Origin: Archaeoglobaceae archaeon
GTDB taxonomy: Archaea; Halobacteriota; Archaeoglobi; Archaeoglobales; Archaeoglobaceae
Assembly (NCBI GenBank): GCA_026988525.1
Contig: JALSLC010000006.1
Coordinates: forward strand, 123 to 64,122
Direction of reading: 5' to 3'
DNA: 64,000 nucleotides
The notes under the pieces: generated by a model
The model's input: only the letters and a program-made list of their open reading frames with translations
What the model was told of the DNA's origin: nothing
Databases searched by the model: none
Translations under genes and position numbers: made by a program
Shown here: positions 11,293 to 21,039 of the stretch, one piece after another
Layout: the number at the start of each line of letters is the position of its first letter
How positions within the stretch are numbered: the first letter of the stretch is position 1

Positions 11293-12633
11293 TTACATTA
11301 ACATCTTATCCTCCCATTTCTTTAAATAGTTTGAGCTCTGATTTACATCAACAAATAGTTCGGCAGATCTTTTAACATCTTCAAGAGTTATTGTTCTTGA
11401 ATTTCTAAGTTTTGCAAATTCGTAAGCCGGAGCTAATAATTGAATCGCATATCTTAAGCTGTTTTTAACTCCAAGCTGTGTTAATAACTCAAGAGCATCT
11501 TTTTCAATAGTTACACCAGATTCACTTGCCCTTATCTCAAGTATTACCTTAATTTCTTCCTCTCTGTATGGTTCAGTCGTTATTATTAATAAGCGATCCA
11601 AAAGGTCTAAGGGAATTCCGTGTGGAGCTACAATATCGGTCCCCCTTATTTTTGCAAACCCTCTATTAGATGCAAGTATTATTATTGGAGCCATCTCTGA
11701 CTCCATAGCTTTGTTCATGAAAGCAAAGAGTTCTATATCCAATAGATAAGTTTCATCTATAAAAAGAACTCCCGGTACCAATTCGGCTCTTCCCTCTTCT
11801 ACTAATCTCTTAACCTTTTCGTCAACAGCATTTCTAATTTCGTTGTCAATTTCTTTACTTGGCATTAACATAAATAAGAAAGAACCGCTCCTCGCGTTAG
11901 CTTCATCAAGGTCATGTAATGTTACAACATATGTAAACTCCTTCTCCTTTTCAACACTACCTGAAGGAACGTCAACTATCTCATCAAAGCCAATATCATA
12001 TTTCTTTGCAGTTTTTTCAGTCTTACCCAACTTAGCCACTCTGCCAGTCTCTTTATCAATCATTATTACATCTCCTACTTCTATACCCTGATACATGAAA
12101 GTCATTGCAAGTCTGCCAGATATGGAGAAAGTTTTCTTATCGTCCTTAGTTGCCAAAGTCAACGTTGCTGATTCAGGTATTTTTTGAGTTGGATTGTATG
12201 GATTTGGAACCATATTGTAATCTAAACCTACAACTTCACCCTCTAAAACTTCTCTTCTTTCCTTTATTCTAACACCTATAGCCTTTCTTATTGCTTGAAT
12301 TAATGCTTCAGTTTTCTTCATTTCAGTACTGTAAAACTCGCTTGCAGAAACATGAACAAATGGTACATCTTTTCCAAGTTCTTTACTTATCGCAACAGCT
12401 ATTGCTGTTTTGCCAGTCCCCGGTGGACCAGCTATTAAAATTCCTCTTCCAGCCATTTTTCCTGCTTTAATTAATCTAACTACAACTCCAGCTGCCTCTC
12501 TTGCTTTAATTTGTCCAACAAGTCCATCTGCAACGGGTTTTGCTTTCAAATTCTCATCTAATCCTAAGCCCCTGATGTGAGAGTGTGCACCAATTCTCTC
12601 AAATCTTGTAATTTCTCTAATCTCAGATGACAA
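11293..12633 (-). CDS. TIP49 / RuvB-like AAA+ ATPase
   Basis: 'RIGAHSHIRGLGLD' hallmark, Walker A 'GPPGTGKTA', OB-like insertion domain, 446 aa. Confidence 0.85.
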   Translation of the reverse strand: MSSEIREITRFERIGAHSHIRGLGLDENLKAKPVADGLVGQIKAREAAGVVVRLIKAGKMAGRGILIAGPPGTGKTAIAVAISKELGKDVPFVHVSASEFYSTEMKKTEALIQAIRKAIGVRIKERREVLEGEVVGLDYNMVPNPYNPTQKIPESATLTLATKDDKKTFSISGRLAMTFMYQGIEVGDVIMIDKETGRVAKLGKTEKTAKKYDIGFDEIVDVPSGSVEKEKEFTYVVTLHDLDEANARSGSFLFMLMPSKEIDNEIRNAVDEKVKRLVEEGRAELVPGVLFIDETYLLDIELFAFMNKAMESEMAPIIILASNRGFAKIRGTDIVAPHGIPLDLLDRLLIITTEPYREEEIKVILEIRASESGVTIEKDALELLTQLGVKNSLRYAIQLLAPAYEFAKLRNSRTITLEDVKRSAELFVDVNQSSNYLKKWEDKMLM

Positions 12634-12742
12634 AATATCACCCCCAAATATCAGTAGATTTGTAGTTCAATATAAAAATTTCTGGATAGGCATTAAAAAC
12701 CTACAAGCAAGTTTTAAATATCATAAAAAGTTAAAAGATATC

Positions 12743-12916
12743 ATGCCAAAGAAGAGTGAAACTCCACCTTTAATGTCTTCGGCTGGAATAATGAGATATT
12801 TTGATGAAGAAAAAACCCAAATACAGATTAGTCCGAAGAGTATTTTGATTTTCGGTTTTGTAATAGGCTTTTTAGTTTTAGTATTGAACGCTTACTATGG
12901 GCTCTGGCCAAAATAA
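12743..12916 (+). CDS. secG: preprotein translocase subunit Sec61-beta (archaeal SecG); not in the supplied ORF track
   Basis: Hand translation gives 'MPKKSETPPLMSSAGIMRYFDEEKTQIQISPKSILIFGFVIGFLVLVLNAYYGLWPK'. It has the 'SSAGIMRYFDE' signature followed by a single C-terminal TM helix. 57 aa. Confidence 0.8.
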   Translation: MPKKSETPPLMSSAGIMRYFDEEKTQIQISPKSILIFGFVIGFLVLVLNAYYGLWPK

Positions 12917-13466
12917 TCTTTTAATTTTTGCTGGTAGATCTAACGTTGGTAAATCTACACTATTTTCCAAGCTTTTTAAAGTTAGTGTTAAAAAAGGTAA
13001 AAAACCGGGAACTACAATAAAACCAAACTTTTATAGAGCCGGTGATGTAACTGCAGTAGATTTGCCGGGATACGGATATATGAAGGGCATTAGTTATGAA
13101 TTCAGTGAAAAAGTTAAAGATTTCATAGTACACTACATAGAAAACAACGCAGAAAACATAATTTTGGCTGTGCAAGTAATAGATATACATTCATTTAGAG
13201 AAATAGTAAACAGATGGGAAAGTAGAGGTGAAATACCAATAGATATTGAAATGTGTGAGTTTCTCAAGGAAGTTTGCAGAAATGTAATAGTAGCTGCAAA
13301 TAAAATAGATAAAGTAAATAAAAAAACTGAAGAAATAGAGTTTGCAAAAAAGAAGTTAAAAGCCGAAATAATACCAATTTCTGCAAAAAAAGGAGATATT
13401 AGCTACCTAAAAAACAGAATTTCCGAAATTTGCAAAAAAGAGGGAGTTTCAATAAAATTCAAATAG
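12897..13466 (+). CDS. engB: GTP-binding protein EngB/YihA
   Basis: G1 'GRSNVGKST', G3 'DLPGYG', G4 'NKIDK'. 189 aa. Confidence 0.8.
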   Translation: MGSGQNNLLIFAGRSNVGKSTLFSKLFKVSVKKGKKPGTTIKPNFYRAGDVTAVDLPGYGYMKGISYEFSEKVKDFIVHYIENNAENIILAVQVIDIHSFREIVNRWESRGEIPIDIEMCEFLKEVCRNVIVAANKIDKVNKKTEEIEFAKKKLKAEIIPISAKKGDISYLKNRISEICKKEGVSIKFK

Positions 13467-15333
13467 ACATTTCTCTTAACTTTTTCAACAACACTTCCTT
13501 TTTATCTGTATCCACTAATGCATGTTCCAGTACTTCATCTATTCTTGAAACTGGTACTATCTCTATTTTTCCTTCATGTTCAACGTCAAGTACTACATCA
13601 TCAATGTTATCCTTTGGAATTATAACTTTCTTTAGTCCTGCCTGTATTGCAGCTTCTATTTTTTGAGTTACTCCCCCTACAGGCAATACATCACCTTTGA
13701 CAGATAAACTACCAGTCATAGCAACACTCTGATTAACAGGTATTCCTTCTATTGCAGATATAACTGCAGTAGCTATACTTATACTGGCAGAGTCGCCCTC
13801 AACACCTTCGTACGTACCTACAAACTGTATGTGTACATCCTTATTAGATATGTCTTTACCTGTAAATTTCTTTATTATGGCTGAAACGTTCATTACAGCT
13901 TCCATTGCAATTTCCTGCAATCTTCCTGTAGCTATAACTCTTCCCTCAGATTTACTTATTGCGGGGGTTATCTCAGCAATTATCGGTAAAACAATTCCAG
14001 CTGACTCACCTATTACTGCAAGACCATTAACTCTACCTATAATTTCTCCTTCAGTCATGAAAAGTCTGTAATCTTTTCTTCTTTCAATGTACTTATCAGC
14101 TATCTGCTCCTCAATTGTTTTTGAAACTTTCTTTGCTGCTATAACGTGTTTATAGGTTACAACATTAGCTCCTTCACTCCTAGCAATATCTCCCGCTGTT
14201 CTAACTAATCCGCCCAACTCTCTAAGCCTTAATGTTAACCTGTTTCTTCTTCCAGCTCTCCTTTTAGCTTCTTTAATTACTTCTGCAACGGCATACTTAT
14301 CGAAATGCGGTATTTTACCATCTCTAACAACTTCTTGAGCAACAAATCTAACAAGTTTTCTTCTATTTTCATCAGTATCTGGCATAGAATCGTTCATATA
14401 AACTTCGTAACCGTAACCTTCTATTCTACTCCTCAAAGCGGGATGCATACCCATCAGTGCATCAAGGTTTCCGGCTGCAACAAGAATAAAGTCACAGGGC
14501 ACAGGTTCAGTTCTAACCATAGCGCCACTTGATCTTTCACTCTGACCAGTAATAGGAAACTTCTTTTCTTGTAAAGCTGTCAAAAGCTTCTGCTGAGATT
14601 CTATTGTTAGAGTGTTGATTTCATCTATGTACAAAACACCCTTGTGAGCTCTGTGAATTGCACCAGCCTCTACTCTCTCGTGGGCTGGAGTCTCAAGTCC
14701 ACCACTCTGAAATGGATCATGCCTTACATCACCAAACAAAGCTCCAGCATGAGCGCCCGTAGCATCTTCAAACGGTGCAGTTTTTTTATCTGCATTGTTA
14801 ACAAGCAACTTGGGTACGTTTCTTTCCTCCTTGGGCATCATGTATCTCGCTACAAGGAATAACATAGCAGCAGCAATAATTCCCCAGATCATCTGTCCTT
14901 CCAAAGCAGAGTAGAGGATGATAAAAGAAAGAAGCATTATTAAAAAGAAGTTCCTTGCTTGTGCTCTTTTCATAGCTTCTTGTTTGTAAGCTTCAACTAT
15001 CTCCTTTCCTTTACCTGCAGGTACAGTTCTTATTTTTGGCTGATTTGGATCATCTGGGTTAGGATAAACTAATATATCTTCCAAGTCTTCCTTAGGCAAT
15101 AATTCAGCCATCGCTTTAGCTAACATAGATTTTCCTGTACCCGGAGAACCAATCAACATTACATGTCTCTTTTGAATTGCTGCCTTCTTTACGATCTCAA
15201 CAGCATGATCTTGTCCAATTACTTGATCTATAAGCTTCTCAGGTACGTCTATTTCCGCAGTAGTTTCAAATTTTAAACCACCCAACAGTTTATCTAAGTT
15301 TGTTACAACTTCATCCTCGGGCATGTCAATCAA
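13459..15333 (-). CDS. lonB: archaeal membrane-bound Lon protease (LonB)
   Basis: Walker A 'GSPGTGKSM', a two-helix TM insertion inside the AAA module ('FFLIMLLSFIILYSAL...IIAAAMLFLV'), and a protease domain with 'GVEGDSASIS'. Confidence 0.95.
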   Translation of the reverse strand: MIDMPEDEVVTNLDKLLGGLKFETTAEIDVPEKLIDQVIGQDHAVEIVKKAAIQKRHVMLIGSPGTGKSMLAKAMAELLPKEDLEDILVYPNPDDPNQPKIRTVPAGKGKEIVEAYKQEAMKRAQARNFFLIMLLSFIILYSALEGQMIWGIIAAAMLFLVARYMMPKEERNVPKLLVNNADKKTAPFEDATGAHAGALFGDVRHDPFQSGGLETPAHERVEAGAIHRAHKGVLYIDEINTLTIESQQKLLTALQEKKFPITGQSERSSGAMVRTEPVPCDFILVAAGNLDALMGMHPALRSRIEGYGYEVYMNDSMPDTDENRRKLVRFVAQEVVRDGKIPHFDKYAVAEVIKEAKRRAGRRNRLTLRLRELGGLVRTAGDIARSEGANVVTYKHVIAAKKVSKTIEEQIADKYIERRKDYRLFMTEGEIIGRVNGLAVIGESAGIVLPIIAEITPAISKSEGRVIATGRLQEIAMEAVMNVSAIIKKFTGKDISNKDVHIQFVGTYEGVEGDSASISIATAVISAIEGIPVNQSVAMTGSLSVKGDVLPVGGVTQKIEAAIQAGLKKVIIPKDNIDDVVLDVEHEGKIEIVPVSRIDEVLEHALVDTDKKEVLLKKLREMSI

Positions 15334-15390
15334 AACAGATTAATAGTGTATTAAATAAGTTTTTATGGAGTTTCAGGATTTCGTAACGAA

Positions 15391-16053
15391 ATGAAGGTGT
15401 GTGTGTTATATTCCGGAGGAAAGGATTCGAACTTAGCGTTAATGAAAGCGAAAAAATACTGTGAAATATCGTGTTTACTCTCAATCAAGCCAGAATCTGA
15501 TGAAAGTGAAATTTTTCACTATCCAAACGCCAAACTAACTGAACTGCAAGCTAAAGCATTAGAAATTCCTATAATAACTGTTAACAGTACTAACGATGAA
15601 AAAAGTAGTATTAATTCTCTAAAAGAGGGTTTGATCCAAGCAAAGGAAATGGGTATAGAGGGCGTTGTTACTGGGGCTATTAGATCAACCTACCAAGCTA
15701 CAAGATTTCAAAAGATTTGTAAAGAATTGGATCTATGGTGTTTTAATCCACTATGGCTCAGAGATGAAATATCTATACTTAAAGAAATTTTGGAAAATAA
15801 CTTTAAAGTCATGTTTGTTAGAGTTGCGGGACTAAGTGAAAAATTTCTTGGAAAAATAATAGATGAAAAAATAGTTAAAGAGATTGAAAAAATAAAATCA
15901 TACATCAACCCGGCTGGAGAAGGAGGAGAATACGAAACTTTTGTTTTATACATGCCCGAATTTAAAAAAGAAATAGAAATAAAAAAATTTGAAGTCGTTA
16001 GAAATAACGAATACGATTCCACCCTCATTATCAAGGAGGCGATACTACGATAG
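15391..16053 (+). CDS. diphthine-ammonia ligase-like ATP pyrophosphatase (MJ0570 / Dph6 family)
   Basis: PP-loop 'LYSGGKDS', 'AGEGGEYETFVL'. 220 aa. Confidence 0.8.
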   Translation: MKVCVLYSGGKDSNLALMKAKKYCEISCLLSIKPESDESEIFHYPNAKLTELQAKALEIPIITVNSTNDEKSSINSLKEGLIQAKEMGIEGVVTGAIRSTYQATRFQKICKELDLWCFNPLWLRDEISILKEILENNFKVMFVRVAGLSEKFLGKIIDEKIVKEIEKIKSYINPAGEGGEYETFVLYMPEFKKEIEIKKFEVVRNNEYDSTLIIKEAILR

Positions 16054-16187
16054 TTGTTTCATTATGCTCCCATAAACTCCACGAAGAAGAGTTCGTAAGA
16101 CCAATAGTTGAAATAGCAAAAAGATTTAGTGAAGTAGAAGTCGTTAAACTTGAAGAAATAGAAAATTGTAAGTTAAAAAATGTAATT

Positions 16188-16577
16188 GTGTGTGGTACTG
16201 CATTAAAAGATTACGAATATCTAAAAAAAGATTTTTCATGGATTAAAGATTGTAAATCTTACCTTGGAATTTGTGCGGGTTACCAAATGCTAGCAAAAGT
16301 TTTTTCACTAAAATTAGAAAAAATAGAAAAGATTGGTGTTTATGAAGTAGAGACTGTCAAAAAAAATCCCATAATTAGATCTAAAAAATTTAAAGCTTAT
16401 TTTCTACATACACTTGCAGTTTCAACGCCAAATGAAAAAATTGAAGTTTTATCCGTATGCGATGAAATAGCAGCTTTTAAAGTAGTTGAAAAAGATTTCT
16501 ATGGCTTATCATTTCATCCTGAAGTGTTAAACCCAGAAATAATAGAGAATTTTATCAAATTGGCAAAGAAGATATAG
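16188..16577 (+). CDS. class I glutamine amidotransferase (start uncertain, probably further upstream)
   Basis: Nucleophile elbow 'GICAGYQML' and 'SFHPEV' His region. The frame stays open and protein-like back to about 16008 with no ATG/GTG/TTG (see finding). Confidence 0.65.
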   Translation: MCGTALKDYEYLKKDFSWIKDCKSYLGICAGYQMLAKVFSLKLEKIEKIGVYEVETVKKNPIIRSKKFKAYFLHTLAVSTPNEKIEVLSVCDEIAAFKVVEKDFYGLSFHPEVLNPEIIENFIKLAKKI

Positions 16578-16597
16578 CAGTAAGTTGCAGTTAAATC

Positions 16598-17857
16598 ATG
16601 GATCTCACGGGTAAAAAAGTGAAAATTAAAGCTAAGGGTAAAATTTTTGAAGGAATAGTTATGCCATCTGTAACGGGGTCTCTTGTATTAAAACTGGATA
16701 ATGGATACAACGTTGGATTTTTTGACTATGAAATACTGGAAATTGAGGAAATTGAAAAAATAGAAAGCAAGACGTCGCTAACAAAAAATCCAGAGCTTCC
16801 AGATGTAAAAATAATTTCTACTGGTGGAACTATAGCGAGTAAAGTCGATTATAAAACTGGAGCTGTAACAAGCCAATTCACAGCAGAAGAAATAGTTGGA
16901 GACGTGCCCGAATTAGCAGAAATTTGTAATGTTGATGCTGAATTACTTTATAACATATTAAGTGAGAACATGAATGTTAAACACTGGATAGAGCTTGCAA
17001 GAAACGTTTATTCTGCATTAAAAAAATACGAAGGTGTTATTATTACACATGGGACTGATACTATGGCTTATACAGCTTCAGCATTAGCTTTTATGATATC
17101 CACACCAAAACCAATCGTTTTAGTTGGAGCTCAGAGAAGTAGTGATAGACCGAGTAGTGATGCTGCTATGAACTTAATTTGTTCTGCTCTAACAGCCACA
17201 TCAGATCTTGGAGAAGTAGTAGTGGTTATGCACGCAACTACAAGCGATGATTATTGCTATATACATAGAGGTGTGAAAGTTAGAAAGTGTCACACATCAA
17301 GAAGAGATGCTTTCAAATCAATAAATTTCATACCTCTCGGAAAAATAGATTACATGAAAAGGAAAATTGAATGGTTCGTTCAAGATAGATTTAAAAGAGG
17401 GGAAAGGGAGTTAGAACTAAAAGATAAAATGGAAGAAAAAGTAGTCTTAATAAAGTTCTACCCTGGACTTAAGCCAGATATTTTGGAATACTATTATGGT
17501 AAAGGCTATAAGGGATTTGTTTTAGAGGGTACTGGATTGGGGCACGTTTCTACAGAGTGGATAGATGTAATCAAAAAAATATCGGAAGATTGCTTAATAA
17601 TTATGACGTCACAATGTATATGGGGTAGAGTGTGCGATAGAGTTTATGATACTGGGAGATACTTGCTAAAAGCGGGAGTAATTGAAGGAGAAGACATGTT
17701 ACCAGAAGTTGCTCTTGTAAAACTAATGTGGTTACTTGGAAACTACGATTTAGAGGAGGCTAAAAAGTATGTAAAGGAGAATTTGGTTGGAGAAATTACT
17801 CAAAGCACTAAGTACTGGGAAAGTATGTTAAGTTTTTTTAACAGTAAAAACAAATAA
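16598..17857 (+). CDS. gatD: Glu-tRNA(Gln) amidotransferase subunit D
   Basis: Asparaginase-type motifs 'STGGTIAS' and 'HGTDTMAYTA', with an N-terminal GatD-specific domain. 419 aa. Confidence 0.9.
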   Translation: MDLTGKKVKIKAKGKIFEGIVMPSVTGSLVLKLDNGYNVGFFDYEILEIEEIEKIESKTSLTKNPELPDVKIISTGGTIASKVDYKTGAVTSQFTAEEIVGDVPELAEICNVDAELLYNILSENMNVKHWIELARNVYSALKKYEGVIITHGTDTMAYTASALAFMISTPKPIVLVGAQRSSDRPSSDAAMNLICSALTATSDLGEVVVVMHATTSDDYCYIHRGVKVRKCHTSRRDAFKSINFIPLGKIDYMKRKIEWFVQDRFKRGERELELKDKMEEKVVLIKFYPGLKPDILEYYYGKGYKGFVLEGTGLGHVSTEWIDVIKKISEDCLIIMTSQCIWGRVCDRVYDTGRYLLKAGVIEGEDMLPEVALVKLMWLLGNYDLEEAKKYVKENLVGEITQSTKYWESMLSFFNSKNK

Positions 17858-17874
17858 TTTTTGGAGGTGATAGC

Positions 17875-18501
17875 TTGAAAATACTTGCAATAGCGGATAT
17901 ACATAATAGAGAATTTGGTAAAGTGAATGAGGAAGTAGATGTTGTTATAGTGGCAGGAGATTTCACAAATGCTGATGGTGTGGATTTTGCTAAAAAATCT
18001 GTAAGTACTTTAAGAGATTACTTTCCAAATGCAAAAATCTTAGCTATTCCCGGTAATATGGATGTCAAAGAGGTTTTAGATTTTCTGGAAAATGAGGGAA
18101 TATCAATACACGGTAAAGTTGTTAGTGTAAACAACATAAAGATTGGTGGTGTTGGCGGAAGTAATCCTACACCGTTCAACACGCCCTTTGAATTGGAAGA
18201 AAATGAATTAAAGGAAATGTTAAAAGAGTTTGAATGTGATATAGCTGTAATACATACGCCACCCTACGGTTACTTTGATTGGATTGCTGGAAAATCTGTA
18301 GGAAGTACAGCTGTTAAAGATTGGATGATTGAAAGAAAACCCAAGATACTAATATGTGCTCACATACATGAATACGAAGGTGTTGCAAAAGCAGGAGATA
18401 CTTTGATTGTAAAACTTGGAACAATAATGAATGGTAGAGGAGCCATTATCGACTTAGATGAAAAATTTGAAAATGTAATTGTAAGATTTATAAAAATCTA
18501 A
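17875..18501 (+). CDS. calcineurin-like metallophosphoesterase
   Basis: 'ADIHN', 'AGDFTN', 'GNMD', 'HTPPYG', 'AHIHE' motif series. Confidence 0.75.
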   Translation: MKILAIADIHNREFGKVNEEVDVVIVAGDFTNADGVDFAKKSVSTLRDYFPNAKILAIPGNMDVKEVLDFLENEGISIHGKVVSVNNIKIGGVGGSNPTPFNTPFELEENELKEMLKEFECDIAVIHTPPYGYFDWIAGKSVGSTAVKDWMIERKPKILICAHIHEYEGVAKAGDTLIVKLGTIMNGRGAIIDLDEKFENVIVRFIKI

Positions 18502-18509
18502 ATATTTTT

Positions 18510-18950
18510 ATGAAAGTTTGCATAGTTAGTTCTTGCCTTCTTGGATTGGCGTGTAGATACGACGGTAAAGCCTTCGTAGATTTAAGTGAGAATTTAAAAA
18601 GTAAGTACCTTATAGTACCAGTTTGTCCAGAACAGCTCTCGGGATTGCCAACACCAAGAGAGAAATGTGAAATTGTAGGCGGTGATGGTTTTGATGTTCT
18701 ATCAAATAGAGCCAAGGTAATGACCGAAAGTGGTAGAGATGTCACTGATGTGTTCATTAAAGGGGCCAAGATGACATTAAAAATATGCAAAATTACAAAC
18801 GCAAAAATTGCATTTTTAAAAGATTTTAGCCCCTCCTGCGGAGTAAAAAGTATATACAACGGGAGTTTTAGTGGAAAAAAAGTAAGAGGTGTAGGAGTTA
18901 CAACCGCTCTTTTAACTAAAAATAAAATAAAAGTAGAGAAAATTATTTAG
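18510..18950 (+). CDS. DUF523-family protein (thiouracil desulfurase-like)
   Basis: 'VSSCLLGLACRYDG' N-terminus and 'SPSCG' are typical of DUF523. 146 aa. Confidence 0.6.
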   Translation: MKVCIVSSCLLGLACRYDGKAFVDLSENLKSKYLIVPVCPEQLSGLPTPREKCEIVGGDGFDVLSNRAKVMTESGRDVTDVFIKGAKMTLKICKITNAKIAFLKDFSPSCGVKSIYNGSFSGKKVRGVGVTTALLTKNKIKVEKII

Positions 18951-19572
18951 TAGGTATTGGAAACTGCGGCGGGAATGGCTTGTGGTAGTAGTGTATTAGT
19001 ATAAAGTCATGACCGTGGCAATCTTGACAATCTACACCTTTTGGAGAGTGAATGATAAAAACATTACCGTGGCTTGGAGAGACTGGATTTGGATAACCAT
19101 GGCAAGCTCCACAGTCTCTCATATTTTCCGTAGAAATTGATTTGTGACATAAGGAACATTTTCCTTCTTTAGCCCAAGTCGTATTGTGATGTAAAGCTGC
19201 TAAATACTGATCAATTTGTTTCTTAGTTTTGTGTTTTACATTTGGAACGTGGCAATAGATACAATACTTTGTAGCATTTAAATGTCCTGGAATTTTATCT
19301 ACCTGCGGTATATACTGTGTTTTTGGATTGTAGTGGCAATCAAGACATTCTCCACCTATGGGTTTAGTTACATTAGTTATAGCAGCCTTAATAGTTTTAC
19401 TTGAAGTTTTGTTTACTTTGTTGATTGTAACTGGAGTTGGTGTTTTAACGGGTGTTTTAACCACACTTTTGTTAGTTGTCAAATTTGGATTTACTTTTTC
19501 TGTTTGAACACACATGCTTAAAGCTACAGCTAAGGTTAAAGTAATAACAATTAAAAAAATAATAGATCTCAT
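18943..19572 (-). CDS. secreted pentaheme c-type cytochrome
   Basis: N-terminal signal/anchor 'IIFLIVITLTLAVALSMC'. Five CXXCH sites: CLDCH, CIYCH, CSLCH, CGACH, CQDCH. Confidence 0.85.
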   Translation of the reverse strand: MRSIIFLIVITLTLAVALSMCVQTEKVNPNLTTNKSVVKTPVKTPTPVTINKVNKTSSKTIKAAITNVTKPIGGECLDCHYNPKTQYIPQVDKIPGHLNATKYCIYCHVPNVKHKTKKQIDQYLAALHHNTTWAKEGKCSLCHKSISTENMRDCGACHGYPNPVSPSHGNVFIIHSPKGVDCQDCHGHDFILIHYYHKPFPPQFPIPTK

Positions 19573-19576
19573 AGGC

Positions 19577-20188
19577 TTAAATTTGTCCCAGTTTTCCAGT
19601 TACTGGCTCATAAACTGGAATTGGCGTAGTTTTATTTACATACTGATCCGCAGCGCTGTGCAGCTGAGCTATTGGCTGAGTGTGGCAAGCTGTACAGTAA
19701 ACCCCCTTAGGCAAGTGCACTTCTACGTAGTTTGTAACAGGCTTAACGGGGTTCTTTGGATTGTGACAGAGCATACACGGTGATCCACCATTCGGAGCTT
19801 TTGGTATATGAACGTGTGTTCCAGTACCATGGCAAACAGAACACTGCAAGTTTATAGTTCCCGGTCCACAGTGTATCTTGTGTGGATCACTTCCATGACA
19901 CTTAGTACATCCATTTGGATCTTTGTGAGCTTGATAATCTGCGGCTTTAGTGTGACATAGTAAACAGTTAACTTTTGCGTTAGAGCTGGAAGTTGCAGCT
20001 TTAACAGTTTCAGTAGCAGTTGGAGTGGGTGTTGGAGTTGAAGTAGGTGCAACAGTTGGAGTTGCAGTTGGCGTAGCAGTAGGTGTAGTTTCAGGAGTTG
20101 CCTTTTGTTGCTGAGCACATCCAGCAACGAATCCAGATACCAATACAACCAATATTAACAACACAAACAACTTACTTTTCATTGTCAC
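19577..20188 (-). CDS. pentaheme c-type cytochrome, lipobox plus Thr/Pro-rich linker
   Basis: Signal with lipobox-like 'VSGFVAGC', linker 'TPETTPTATPTATPTVAPTSTPTPTPTAT'. Five CXXCH sites: CLLCH, CTKCH, CSVCH, CMLCH, CTACH. Confidence 0.85.
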   Translation of the reverse strand: MTMKSKLFVLLILVVLVSGFVAGCAQQQKATPETTPTATPTATPTVAPTSTPTPTPTATETVKAATSSSNAKVNCLLCHTKAADYQAHKDPNGCTKCHGSDPHKIHCGPGTINLQCSVCHGTGTHVHIPKAPNGGSPCMLCHNPKNPVKPVTNYVEVHLPKGVYCTACHTQPIAQLHSAADQYVNKTTPIPVYEPVTGKLGQI

Positions 20189-20448
20189 CCCTCCATTCCG
20201 GGTATTAGGATTTTAAAATAATAGTATATTTTAGTCTTTCGATTTTTAGAAATAAAAAAAGGAAAATTCTAACTTCTCAAAAATTTAAATTAGGTTTTAC
20301 CAGTGTTTTGGACAAAAACCATTTTACTGTTAAATTACCAAAACAAAATTGTAGATTATAAAATTATTCTAAATTATTAAAATGAAAAATTGGTAATTAG
20401 AATAATATCGTTAAGTCTATTAATACCAATGAGTTGTGAATTTCATAA

Positions 20449-21000
20449 ATGTTTCCCGAAATTGAAATGATCAAAATAAAAAGAAAAAGACTTGGATTAA
20501 CTCAAAAAAAATTGGCTGAATTAGTTGGAGTTAGTCAACCACTGATAGCAAGAATAGAATCTGGAGATTTTGATCCAAAGTTATCATTAATAAGGAAAAT
20601 ATTTAACGTTCTTGAAGAAGTAGAAGGTAAAGCGATAAATGCTGAAAAAATTATGAATTATCCCGTAAAAATAATCAATGCTAAAGCAAAGCTTATAGAT
20701 GCAGTAGAAACGATGATGAAACATGATATTTCACAAATGCCGGTAGTAAAAAAGGATGAAATAGTTGGTAGTATTACTGAAAGTAGCGTTGTTAAAATAA
20801 TGCTTGAAAAGGGAACCAATGCTGGCAAAACAAGAGTTGAAGAATGTATGGAACCACCATTTCCTATAGTTCCAAAACATGAACGCCTTAATACAATATC
20901 AAAACTTCTTCTAAACAGCCCAGCAGTAATAGTATGTGAGGAAAAAGAGATTTTAGGAATAATCACCAAACACGATGTTATGAAAGTAATAAAGTTTTAG
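20449..21000 (+). CDS. XRE-type HTH regulator fused to a CBS-domain pair
   Basis: 'LGLTQKKLAELVGVSQPLIARIESG' HTH, followed by two CBS-like repeats. Confidence 0.75.
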   Translation: MFPEIEMIKIKRKRLGLTQKKLAELVGVSQPLIARIESGDFDPKLSLIRKIFNVLEEVEGKAINAEKIMNYPVKIINAKAKLIDAVETMMKHDISQMPVVKKDEIVGSITESSVVKIMLEKGTNAGKTRVEECMEPPFPIVPKHERLNTISKLLLNSPAVIVCEEKEILGIITKHDVMKVIKF

Positions 21001-21039
21001 CGATAAATTAAAAACCCCTTTAAAAACAGAATATTTTTG

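Noticed and set aside
20003-20101. Imperfect tandem DNA repeats (gttggagt/gttgcagt units)
   Set aside because: They encode the TPTATPT linker of the lipoprotein cytochrome. This is coding low complexity, not a separate repeat element.
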